Below, one piece after another: positions 37,961 to 46,677 of a DNA stretch of 48,676 nt. Under the pieces are notes generated by a model that did not search any database, was not told where the DNA came from, and saw only the letters and a list, made by a program, of their open reading frames with translations. This DNA is from a bacterium (GTDB taxonomy: Bacteria; Bacillota_I; Bacilli_A; RF39; UBA660): the NCBI GenBank assembly GCA_030525085.1, contig JAUNFK010000005.1:1-48676 (forward strand), read 5' to 3'. Both the position numbers and the translations under genes were made by a program. How positions within the stretch are numbered: the stretch's first letter is position 1; every line of letters begins with the position of its first letter.

Positions 37961-39523
37961 CTAAACCACTTTGTATGGATTTTCACTTGTACCAACACCA
38001 GTTACAGTAACAGATGCTTTAAGAGAAATCGAAGGACGGACACCGAGACTGCTACCGACACCACCGTTGACGTAGAAGAAACCACTCGAACCGGCAACGT
38101 ACCAAACACGAGCGCGTAAACCAGCGAAATCAACAGGAGACATAGAACTCCACAGAACATCGGTAGCATTTTCTTGCAAGTAAGTAGTTGTATTATTCTG
38201 AGCAAAAGCATAACCAGCAAATGCAAGTTCATCTGCTGTTATTAAGCCTATCTTTGTTGTTATTTCACTCAATCCTTTATTACATTTTAAACTTGGACCA
38301 GTTCCACCAGCACTACCGCTTGCACTGACTAATCGTTTAGTAGCACCATAATAAGTTACATTTCTAGCATATCCTAAACCAGTTGGGAACGAAACAAGCG
38401 GAGCATATGTTGTATCTGTTATATTAGTTTTATCATTACACCATACTGTATCTGATATTTTGTCTTCAAATAGCACAAGATTATTACTATACCATGTTTC
38501 TAAGTTTGTTAGAATTGTACTTTTATTTGTATTTGCATGGGTGCTTGCATAATCTGATGCTCCCACTGTTCCATACATAAATCCCACATATGCGTTGTCC
38601 CTTTCATTCGTATTAAATGCACTTTTGTATGTTGTCCCAGAATATCTTGCAAATGCCGCACTAATATCATTATTTGCTGATGAGCATGGACTAGCAACGC
38701 CTGTTGTATTATCATTATGTAAAATAAGCTTTACTGTACCATCCCCATTAATTCTCACAATTCTCCAACACTTATTTGCAAATTCTACATAATTATTCTT
38801 AACATTACCTCTAAAATAATAACTTGTTCCATAATTATCTTCTGTACTTGATAAAAGAGCCTCACTAGCAATAGACACTGTTGTTCCTGGTGTAGTAACA
38901 GGCACTTTAACTTCATTGTTATATAATACTAATTCTGATAACACTCCATTGATTTTAGGGGCTTTAGTACTTTCAATTTCTACATGTGCACTAAATTCTG
39001 CACCTTGATTTGCATTTTGGCTAATAGTTTTTTTGGGGTAATATATCTTTAAAAGATATGTATGTTTAGCATTACTTGCTTTTGCAAAGTATCCCTTATT
39101 TAAATCAATAGACAAACCAGTGATATCAGTTTTATTTACTGAAGGTATCACCTCTCCATTTGTACTTGTATTAGTACTTACTAATTCATATTGTAATGGA
39201 TCAGATGTTTTAAATGTATTTAAGTCTACTACTAAAGTAAGTTTGTAGTACATTTCTGCATCTGTTGTATTATTTCCAGTTACAGTAATATTTTTAGTAG
39301 CCCATACTTCATCCCTTGGATATATTCCATCAAGACTAATATTTTTCCCACCATCATATGTTATTTTCATAGTTCCCGCGTCTGCTCTAACTGTAGTTGA
39401 TGTTTCTGAGGATAATCCAGCCGTGAAGAAAGCGTAAGAAATTCCAGCTACGCAGATAAGTGATATAACCATTGCATAAATCATTATTTTCTTCGGCATT
39501 TTTTGTTTTCTTTCTTGGCTCAT
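37961..39523 (-). CDS. Surface protein paralog C: SipW-type signal peptide, TasA-like domain, C-terminal CLec-like domain with VR-like tail
   Basis: GISYAFF; DNYGTSYYFRG; WSSMSP...ARVW...GVRPSISL...GVGTSENPY. Confidence 0.8.
   Translation of the reverse strand: MSQERKQKMPKKIMIYAMVISLICVAGISYAFFTAGLSSETSTTVRADAGTMKITYDGGKNISLDGIYPRDEVWATKNITVTGNNTTDAEMYYKLTLVVDLNTFKTSDPLQYELVSTNTSTNGEVIPSVNKTDITGLSIDLNKGYFAKASNAKHTYLLKIYYPKKTISQNANQGAEFSAHVEIESTKAPKINGVLSELVLYNNEVKVPVTTPGTTVSIASEALLSSTEDNYGTSYYFRGNVKNNYVEFANKCWRIVRINGDGTVKLILHNDNTTGVASPCSSANNDISAAFARYSGTTYKSAFNTNERDNAYVGFMYGTVGASDYASTHANTNKSTILTNLETWYSNNLVLFEDKISDTVWCNDKTNITDTTYAPLVSFPTGLGYARNVTYYGATKRLVSASGSAGGTGPSLKCNKGLSEITTKIGLITADELAFAGYAFAQNNTTTYLQENATDVLWSSMSPVDFAGLRARVWYVAGSSGFFYVNGGVGSSLGVRPSISLKASVTVTGVGTSENPYKVV
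38022..38165 (-). other. DGR variable-region-like segment of paralog C
   Basis: Hand count for 38031-38160: about 52% GC and about 9% A on the coding strand, against about 40% A sampled upstream in the same gene. Confidence 0.65.
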
Positions 39524-39548
39524 AAATAATCCCTATCTTTCTATAGAA

Positions 39549-39577
39549 AGTATATAACAACCTCCCCCCCGTGTCAA
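39549..39577 (-). promoter_or_regulatory. Sigma-A promoter of paralog C with a G7 tract in the spacer
   Basis: TTGACA-cGGGGGGGaggttgtta-TATACT, spacer 17 nt. Confidence 0.75.
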
Positions 39578-39641
39578 ATTAATATTTTATATAATTTATT
39601 TTATAGAATCAGACTATTTCTAATAAAATAATAAAATAAAA

Positions 39642-39664
39642 AAAGATAACAACTCGTTATCTTT
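39642..39664 (-). terminator. Terminator of the SPFH operon
   Basis: AAAGATAAC-N5-GTTATCTTT plus a U tract. Confidence 0.65.
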
Positions 39665-39667
39665 CAA

Positions 39668-40789
39668 TTAATCTAATTTTGTTCCGCAGTTAGAGCAGAA
39701 TTTACCAGAAGCTTTAGTTCCACAGTTAGGGCAGAAATTCATCTTACCTGCTGGAGCACTTTCCTCTTTCTTTTCTTCTCCACTTAAATCTGCTTTAGAG
39801 CCTTCAGTATTAGTAAATGCTGCGCCCATTGCATTATTCATCATACCATTAGATGCCATATTTACCATACCAACACCCATCATACCAGTTGCAGCTCCAT
39901 TACTATTATTAGCAGCATCAACTACAGCTTTACTCATACCACCAACAATAGCACCTTGTTGCATGTAATTATTACTTGATAATTCATAATTATCAATCTT
40001 ACGGTTAGATTCTTCATCTAAAGTTACTGACTCAATAATGAATGATTTAATACTCATACCACGGTCTCTGATATTTTGATCAAATACCTTCTCATCCATA
40101 ATTTCTTTAATTTTATCTGTATAAGATGGAAGTTCTAAAACTGGTGCTTTATTTTCAGAATTACCTAATTCATTAAGTACCTTTTGAAAACTAGCTTGAA
40201 CTTCACTACGCATTTGTTCACAAATATCATCTTTATAATAAACATCAGCAGTTCCAGCTACTTCTCTCATAAATACTGCTGGATCAGTAATCTTAAATGT
40301 ATACTTACCAAAACATTTAACATCTACTCTAAGTGGAGTAATTGTATTTGTCATTTGATTTGGAATTGGATGTGAATAATCCTGATAAGGTACTGGAGCT
40401 GGTGTTCCAAACTTATTATCAATAATCTCTTTAGCATTTATAAAGTAAACTGCTTGATCTTTATTAGTTGCTCCATTAAATGTAAAACGAGTCCACATTT
40501 CTTTAAATACTGCTCCAAAGTCACCTGCAAAAAATGATGGAGATGAGCTTTCATCAAAAGTATAAATACCTTCCTCAGCAGTAGCATCTAAAATTTTTCC
40601 ACTTTGGAAAATTACTGCTATTTGTCCTGGTGCTACCTCAATAGCACTCTTCTTAGTAATAACACCATTTTCAGTTGTTTTCTTAACCATTAATGTGTTA
40701 TTATCCATATTTTCACACTTAATAAACTCTTTCCATTGGTCTTTAAGTGTACTTGATACTGCCTTTCCAGCTGCTTTAATTAATCCCAT
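39668..40789 (-). CDS. SPFH/Band-7-like protein with a C-terminal double zinc ribbon (YdjI-like)
   Basis: DQWKEFI, VYFINAKE..KFGT..P, FGKYTFKITDP, CPNCG...CSNCG. Confidence 0.85.
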   Translation of the reverse strand: MGLIKAAGKAVSSTLKDQWKEFIKCENMDNNTLMVKKTTENGVITKKSAIEVAPGQIAVIFQSGKILDATAEEGIYTFDESSSPSFFAGDFGAVFKEMWTRFTFNGATNKDQAVYFINAKEIIDNKFGTPAPVPYQDYSHPIPNQMTNTITPLRVDVKCFGKYTFKITDPAVFMREVAGTADVYYKDDICEQMRSEVQASFQKVLNELGNSENKAPVLELPSYTDKIKEIMDEKVFDQNIRDRGMSIKSFIIESVTLDEESNRKIDNYELSSNNYMQQGAIVGGMSKAVVDAANNSNGAATGMMGVGMVNMASNGMMNNAMGAAFTNTEGSKADLSGEEKKEESAPAGKMNFCPNCGTKASGKFCSNCGTKLD

Positions 40790-40810
40790 AATTTACCTCT
40801 TTCCTTTATT

Positions 40811-41350
40811 TTAAACATCACTTATCGATGTTAAAATCCAATCATAATTTTCATTATCAAATGTTGTTCCGCAATACTCACAGTGGCCACTTCGGTTAAC
40901 ATCTATTGATGCACCACACGATGGGCACTTGCTAACTATTCCTTTATCTTTAACATTCTTTTTTTTATGAAACTCTAAATAATTAGTTTTTTCTATTCTT
41001 CTGTCATTAACACCTCTTTTATATTTAAAAGTAGTTTTATCAATAACATAATCCATATATCTACTTACTAGAGTAACTTTGATAATATACTCATCATCTG
41101 TATCTATTATATCACTAATCTCGGTTGTTTTAACATTAAGTTCATCAAACATTTCTCTTTCATTTACTGCATTTAATTTAGCTATTCTATCTTTCATATT
41201 TTGATAAACTTCATCTGACAAAAAGTGAGCAACTCTCTTTTCATCATCCATCATTATAGCAGTATAATACATAACAAATATATTATTAACTTTAGTGATA
41301 AACATTTGAAGAGAAAAATCTCCTCCAAGTAATCTTATTTTTTCTTCCAT
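40811..41350 (-). CDS. Tim44-like domain protein with a zinc ribbon
   Basis: F.TKVNNIF, RYMDYVID, CPSCGA..CEYCG. Start is ATG 41350, coupled to the upstream stop. Confidence 0.75.
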   Translation of the reverse strand: MEEKIRLLGGDFSLQMFITKVNNIFVMYYTAIMMDDEKRVAHFLSDEVYQNMKDRIAKLNAVNEREMFDELNVKTTEISDIIDTDDEYIIKVTLVSRYMDYVIDKTTFKYKRGVNDRRIEKTNYLEFHKKKNVKDKGIVSKCPSCGASIDVNRSGHCEYCGTTFDNENYDWILTSISDV

Positions 41351-42222
41351 TATCTCATCCTTTGACCAATACAAGTTTTCTTACTCATTACATAATCCTT
41401 TGGTCCGACAACAATTGTACTACCACAGTACTCACACTTGCCACCAGCTACACCTTCAAATGGAGCTCCACAATTAGGACATTTCTCTTCAGAAGATTCA
41501 CTAGCTTTAACAAATGTAATTGAGTACTCAATATCAATTTTATGATTATCTTTTCCTCTAACTGTTTTCTTATCATTATCAACAACATAATCATACATAG
41601 CAGTATGAAGATATACTGTTACATTTACCATTCCAGACTCTTCAGTAACATTTGTAATCTTAACATCAATATACTCAAAGTCCTTCATAATATTTTGTTG
41701 TCCTTTAACCTTTAAGGCATCAAGTTGCATCACATAACTATTATATAATTCATCAGTTAAATGCTTTCTAAGACCATCATAATCAAAATTCATCCACTCG
41801 TTTTGAATTGATTTATATAACTCAAAGGCTAACTTTTTAAACTCATCAGCACTCATACCAATCTTCTTTAATCTATCATCCTTTATATCAGAATAATTGT
41901 TAAAGCTTCTGCTTGATGATGAACCACTGCCACCTTTACCACCACGGTTATTATTGTTTACAATTACATAAATTACGATAATCATTATAACAGTAAAAGC
42001 TATTAAACTTGCTAAACTAGTATCCCCAGAATAACTTCCACCAGATGACGAACTCCAACTACTTCCTGAATCCCAACTGCTGCCAGAGTCCCAGCTTCCA
42101 CCTGAATCCCAGCCACCGCCAGAATCATAACTTGAATCCCAGCCACTATCAGCTTTAACCAAACTAACCCCAGAAAATAACATTCCAATAACTGTTAAAA
42201 ATATTATAAACTTCTTTTTCAT
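41350..42222 (-). CDS. Tim44-like membrane protein with signal peptide, WDSG repeats, TM and zinc ribbon
   Basis: IQNEWMNFD..LR.HLTDELY, MYDYVVD, CPNCGA..CEYCG. Confidence 0.8.
   Translation of the reverse strand: MKKKFIIFLTVIGMLFSGVSLVKADSGWDSSYDSGGGWDSGGSWDSGSSWDSGSSWSSSSGGSYSGDTSLASLIAFTVIMIIVIYVIVNNNNRGGKGGSGSSSSRSFNNYSDIKDDRLKKIGMSADEFKKLAFELYKSIQNEWMNFDYDGLRKHLTDELYNSYVMQLDALKVKGQQNIMKDFEYIDVKITNVTEESGMVNVTVYLHTAMYDYVVDNDKKTVRGKDNHKIDIEYSITFVKASESSEEKCPNCGAPFEGVAGGKCEYCGSTIVVGPKDYVMSKKTCIGQRMR
42051..42150 (-). repeat. Degenerate 15-bp tandem repeat encoding (W/Y)DSGG/SS pentapeptides
   Basis: DSGWDSSYDSGGGWDSGGSWDSGSSWDSGSSWSS. Confidence 0.8.
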
Positions 42223-42242
42223 CTCTACCTCTTCTTTTTATC

Positions 42243-42806
42243 CTATAAATAATTATACTCTAAAGTATAAACTAAATTGTCTTTTTCATATGTAACTTTA
42301 CAAATTTTATCTTCTTTTATATAAACTACATACCTAGCTCCATCAATATCATAACTATAGCTCTTTTCATCATTAACATTTTTAAGAAGCCCATTATAAC
42401 TATCTATTAATGAAACAATATCACTAGGCAAAAGTAATTTAGTATTTAAATCTGCAAATAAATCAGTTAGAACTTTATTATTCTTATTTACTAAATACAT
42501 TTGACCATCATAATATACTTTATTAGTAACTTCACCACTTTGAATTGTTCCACTAAACGTATTATCTTTTATAACTCCCGTAACATAATAATTTTCTGTC
42601 TCCATAGTTAACATCAGTGAATTATTAGTAAACTCTTTCTTAATATCACTATAAGTTACTGTCTTAGGTTCTTCTTCTTTAACTTGTTCTTGCTTAGGTG
42701 AAATCCTTATAAAAGTAATAACTAAAGCAAAAAATATAAACCATAATCCAAGTCTTATTAAAGCATTATATGTTGGATTGTTCCATACTTCTTTTAACTT
42801 ATTCAT
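42243..42806 (-). CDS. Hypothetical protein with a single N-terminal TM
   Basis: ATG 42806 follows RBS GGAGGA; LIRLGLWFIFFALVITFI. Confidence 0.7.
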   Translation of the reverse strand: MNKLKEVWNNPTYNALIRLGLWFIFFALVITFIRISPKQEQVKEEEPKTVTYSDIKKEFTNNSLMLTMETENYYVTGVIKDNTFSGTIQSGEVTNKVYYDGQMYLVNKNNKVLTDLFADLNTKLLLPSDIVSLIDSYNGLLKNVNDEKSYSYDIDGARYVVYIKEDKICKVTYEKDNLVYTLEYNYL

Positions 42807-43272
42807 TATTTCCTCCACTATCGCAATGTAATGCATCAATTGATAATACTATCTCTAAAATAAGTAGAGCATCATCTTTATTTTTTATATCTAATTCATA
42901 AACATCAGTAAAACTTAACTTTCTCGAAACTCTTGCAATCACTTCACCATGCCTCTTAATTTCATAATTCCATCTCCAAAAGTTTCCAGTCACTTCTATA
43001 CCCAAATCCTCTATATTAAATACTTCTTTTGCCAAAGCAAACTTTTTAAGTAATACATATTCTTTGCTTCCAACGTTTAAGAAAAATTTTGGAAACCAAG
43101 TAAACATTTTTTGCTTTATAAAACCAAGCTCGTTATCATTTTCATCATAAATTCTTAATAAATGTCCCCAAGCAAATTCGCCTTTAACTTTATAAACAAT
43201 ATTTTCATTTTCGTCAAAGATATTATAACTGTCAAACCAGCTAAATACCTTTTGCTTTAAAAGAAGTTTCAC
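42799..43272 (-). CDS. LURP-one-related/scramblase (YxjI-like) protein
   Basis: KQKVFSWFDSYNI, YKVKG, GNFW..YEI, TDVYELDI. Confidence 0.85.
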   Translation of the reverse strand: MKLLLKQKVFSWFDSYNIFDENENIVYKVKGEFAWGHLLRIYDENDNELGFIKQKMFTWFPKFFLNVGSKEYVLLKKFALAKEVFNIEDLGIEVTGNFWRWNYEIKRHGEVIARVSRKLSFTDVYELDIKNKDDALLILEIVLSIDALHCDSGGNNE

Positions 43273-44192
43273 TTTAATGCCTTTCCTAAAAGACTTCCAT
43301 AACCATTCTTAAAGTCTCTTACACTCATTATATTTTTACCAGACGGTTTAATTTTAGTAACCTTTAAAGACCCACTAGCACAACCAATAACAAAATAATC
43401 TTTTCCTTCACTAATAATGCTACTAGTTTCTCCTTCTTCATCACTCAAATAACACTCTGCAATCTTATATTCTACATCATCCATTATAAAATTTGGTAAA
43501 GGATTAGGGCTTAATGCTCTAAACTTATTAAATACATCCTTATTACTTAAATTAAAATCTAAATGTTCATCACTTCTTTTGATAATTCTCGCAAAACTTG
43601 CCTTTTCATTATCTTGTTTTATTCTCTCTATTTTTCCATCAGTAATATCCTCTAAATACCTACTAATCATATCAGCACCTAAAAGAGATAATTTATCACT
43701 AAGCGTTTCAATATTATCATTATCCTCAATTTTAACACTTTCACTTACAAGCATATCTCCAGTATCCATTCCTTCATCCATATACATAAGAGTTATACCT
43801 GTTTCTGCTTCTCCATTAATTAAAGCATAATGTATAGGTGCTCCTCCTCTATATTTAGGAAGAAGTGAAGCATGAATATTAATACATCCATACTTTGGTA
43901 TATCAAGTATATCCTTAGATACTATCTGCCCATATGCACACGTAACAATCACATCCGGTTTAGCATCTACTATAGTACTAAAATCTTTACAAACCTTCTC
44001 TGGACTACTTACAGATAATCCAAGTTCTAATGCTCTTTTCTTAACTGGGCAAGGAGTCAAAACTCTCTTTCTTCCAATATAAGCATCAGGCGAAGTAACT
44101 ACTAATACTACATCCCATTTGTTATTAAGTGCCTCTAAAATATTAACACTAAATAAAGGTGTTCCCATAAACACAACTTTTAATTTTTCCAT
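43269..44192 (-). CDS. fmt: Methionyl-tRNA formyltransferase
   Basis: VVFMGTP, AYGQI, INIHASLLPKYRGGAP, MDTGD. Confidence 0.96.
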   Translation of the reverse strand: MEKLKVVFMGTPLFSVNILEALNNKWDVVLVVTSPDAYIGRKRVLTPCPVKKRALELGLSVSSPEKVCKDFSTIVDAKPDVIVTCAYGQIVSKDILDIPKYGCINIHASLLPKYRGGAPIHYALINGEAETGITLMYMDEGMDTGDMLVSESVKIEDNDNIETLSDKLSLLGADMISRYLEDITDGKIERIKQDNEKASFARIIKRSDEHLDFNLSNKDVFNKFRALSPNPLPNFIMDDVEYKIAECYLSDEEGETSSIISEGKDYFVIGCASGSLKVTKIKPSGKNIMSVRDFKNGYGSLLGKALK

Positions 44193-44252
44193 CAGTCTCA
44201 CCTTCCAATACTATTCTACCAAAATAAAGTCTAAAATAAAAGAAAAAAGAGA

Positions 44253-45209
44253 CTATATATTAGTCTCTCTATAACTTTTACAAGCATCATCTAGTGCTTT
44301 AAATAATTTATCGATATCATCTGGATTTTTTATTCTAGCACCAGAAGCAAACTTATGACCACCACCATTAAACTGCTGAGCAATCTCATTTATAACTGGC
44401 CCTCTAGAACGAATATTAACTTTATATAATTCTGTTTTCTCATCATAAGAAACAAAACTCCAAGCAATAATTTCCTTAATAAAATTAAAATTATTAACCA
44501 TGTTAGACGCACTACCTGCATCTACTCCATATTCATTTATCATATCTTTAGTTATTTTCATATAAGCAAAACCATTTTCAGTTACTGTCATATTAAGAGC
44601 TAAAAACGCTTGAAATTTAAACTCGTTAAGTGGTCTATCATAAAGCATTTTATAACTATTATTTAAATCAAAATTATAATTCTTAACTAAATATGAAGCA
44701 ACGTCTAATGTTCTTGCAGTTGTTGTTGAAAGTAAAAATCTATCACTATCAGCAACCATTCCTAAATAAAGATTTTCTGCTATCTTATCATCCATTTTAA
44801 GTCTAGTATTTTTTATAAGTAAAGAAATAAGTTCACAAGTAGATGAACTACTAGTATCAACTATCTCTAAAGAACCCATCTTATCTTCATATGGATGATG
44901 ATCTATCTTAATAACATCAGCATAATTATTTATATTAGCACTATCTATTCTAGAAATATTAGGTACATCCAAAACAATAAGTAATGGCTTTTCTAATAAA
45001 GAATCATCAATATGATCTAAATGACCAAAATATTTAAATCTAGAAACACTAAGTCCAACCGCATATACATTCTTCTTAGGAAATGTAAGTCTAATTGAAT
45101 CTCTTAAAGCTAGCTGACTGCATACAGCATCTGGATCCGGTCCAACATGTCTAGCAATAACTATATTATTATACTTGCTAATTGCCTTATATATGCTTTT
45201 TTCTAGCAT
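44253..45209 (-). CDS. nrnA: DHH/DHHA1 phosphoesterase (NrnA nanoRNase)
   Basis: HVGPDPDA, IDHH, GGGHKFASG. Confidence 0.9.
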   Translation of the reverse strand: MLEKSIYKAISKYNNIVIARHVGPDPDAVCSQLALRDSIRLTFPKKNVYAVGLSVSRFKYFGHLDHIDDSLLEKPLLIVLDVPNISRIDSANINNYADVIKIDHHPYEDKMGSLEIVDTSSSSTCELISLLIKNTRLKMDDKIAENLYLGMVADSDRFLLSTTTARTLDVASYLVKNYNFDLNNSYKMLYDRPLNEFKFQAFLALNMTVTENGFAYMKITKDMINEYGVDAGSASNMVNNFNFIKEIIAWSFVSYDEKTELYKVNIRSRGPVINEIAQQFNGGGHKFASGARIKNPDDIDKLFKALDDACKSYRETNI

Positions 45210-45221
45210 ATCATCACTTCC

Positions 45222-46400
45222 TTACTTCGCTAAATTATAAGTATCAGTAGCAATCATTAATTCTTCATTTGTTGGAATAACATAAACAGGAATCTTACTA
45301 TTATCAGCACTAATTAAAGCCTCTTTACCTCTTACATTATTTCTTTCTTCATCAGGTTTAACACCTAAACAAGCTAATTTTTCCATAACTTCCATACGAG
45401 TACTAATTGAGTTTTCACCAACGCCAGCAGTAAAGATAATAGCATCACATCCACCAAGTTCAACATAGTACTTAGCAATAAAATCAACTATTCTCTTAAC
45501 ATACATTTTTTGTGCAAGAATACATCTTTCATCACCATTTTTAATACCATCTTCAATATCTCTTGAATCTGATGATACACCACTAATACCTAATAATCCT
45601 GATTGTTTATTAAGTGCTGTATCCATTTCTTTAGCACTCATTCCAGTTTCTTCCATAATATAAGGAAGAATTGTTGCATCAATATCGCCACATCTAGTAC
45701 CCATCATAAGACCAGCATTTGGTGTTAACCCCATAGAAGTTTCAACACACTTGCCACCCTTAACAGCACTAATAGATGCACCATTACCAATATGACATGT
45801 AATAAGTCTAGCTTCATCATTATCTAAAATCTCATTAGCACGCATACTAACATACTTATGACTAGTACCATGAGCACCATATCTTCTTACAGCATACTTA
45901 GTATACCATTCATAAGGAACAGGATATAAATAAACTTCCTCTTCCATAGTTTGATGGAAAGCAGTATCAAATACTAAAGTTTGTGTAGCATTTGGAAATA
46001 CACTTTGAGCTGCACGTAAACCAACTACAGCAGCTGGATTATGAAGTGGAGCTAAACTAGATAACTTCTCAACAATTGAAATATTATCCTCAGTCGCTAA
46101 AACAGTCTTATCAAAGTATGAACCACCTTGAACTATTCTGTGTCCAATACCTGCAATTTCATCTAAAGACTCAACAATCTTATTATTAATTAATTCTTTA
46201 ACTAATAACTCAAAAGCAGCTTTATGATCTTTTAGTTCTGTCTCCTTTTTAATTTTTTCACCATTAAACTTAATAGTATAAAATGAGTTTTCAATTCCAA
46301 TTCTCTCAAAAACTCCACTAATAAGTTCTTTTTCTTCTGGCATCTCAAATAAAGTAAACTTTAATGAAGATGAACCAGCATTAACACTTAATACTTTCAT
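45222..46400 (-). CDS. ackA: Acetate kinase
   Basis: VNAGSSSLK, GHRIVQGG, APLHN, FDTAFH, FTAGVGEN, TNEE. Confidence 0.97.
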   Translation of the reverse strand: MKVLSVNAGSSSLKFTLFEMPEEKELISGVFERIGIENSFYTIKFNGEKIKKETELKDHKAAFELLVKELINNKIVESLDEIAGIGHRIVQGGSYFDKTVLATEDNISIVEKLSSLAPLHNPAAVVGLRAAQSVFPNATQTLVFDTAFHQTMEEEVYLYPVPYEWYTKYAVRRYGAHGTSHKYVSMRANEILDNDEARLITCHIGNGASISAVKGGKCVETSMGLTPNAGLMMGTRCGDIDATILPYIMEETGMSAKEMDTALNKQSGLLGISGVSSDSRDIEDGIKNGDERCILAQKMYVKRIVDFIAKYYVELGGCDAIIFTAGVGENSISTRMEVMEKLACLGVKPDEERNNVRGKEALISADNSKIPVYVIPTNEELMIATDTYNLAK

Positions 46401-46494
46401 TTCTAAATCACCTATGCCTTATTATACTAGAAAAACAAAGAGATTACCATAATTTTTTTCTGCAAAAGAAAAAAACATGCAATTCGCACGATTA

Positions 46495-46644
46495 TTATTT
46501 TTTCTTAAAACCATCACTATATTTCGGTTTAATATAACTCTTAAAAATATCTTCTTCTTTATCCTTTAAATTAAAACCATATAAATTATTATATTCATTC
46601 ATAAGTTTATCTTTATTATTACAATCTAAACTATAACCCTTCAA
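46495..46644 (-). CDS. Small hypothetical protein (49 aa), not in the ORF track
   Basis: RBS GGGTGA and TTG start; MKGYSLDCNNKDKLMNEYNNLYGFNLKDKEEDIFKSYIKPKYSDGFKKK; followed by a hairpin with a U tract. Confidence 0.45.
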   Translation of the reverse strand: MKGYSLDCNNKDKLMNEYNNLYGFNLKDKEEDIFKSYIKPKYSDGFKKK

Positions 46645-46676
46645 AAAATATCACCCACTTTTATTATGGGTGATAT
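46643..46676 (-). terminator. thiI terminator hairpin, overlapping the small-ORF RBS
   Basis: ATATCACCCA-N9-TGGGTGATAT followed by Ts. Confidence 0.65.
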
Positions 46677-46677
46677 C

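Noticed and set aside
42051-42150. GC-rich repeat as a CRISPR array or DGR segment
   Set aside because: It is an in-frame Gly/Ser/Trp coding repeat without spacers.
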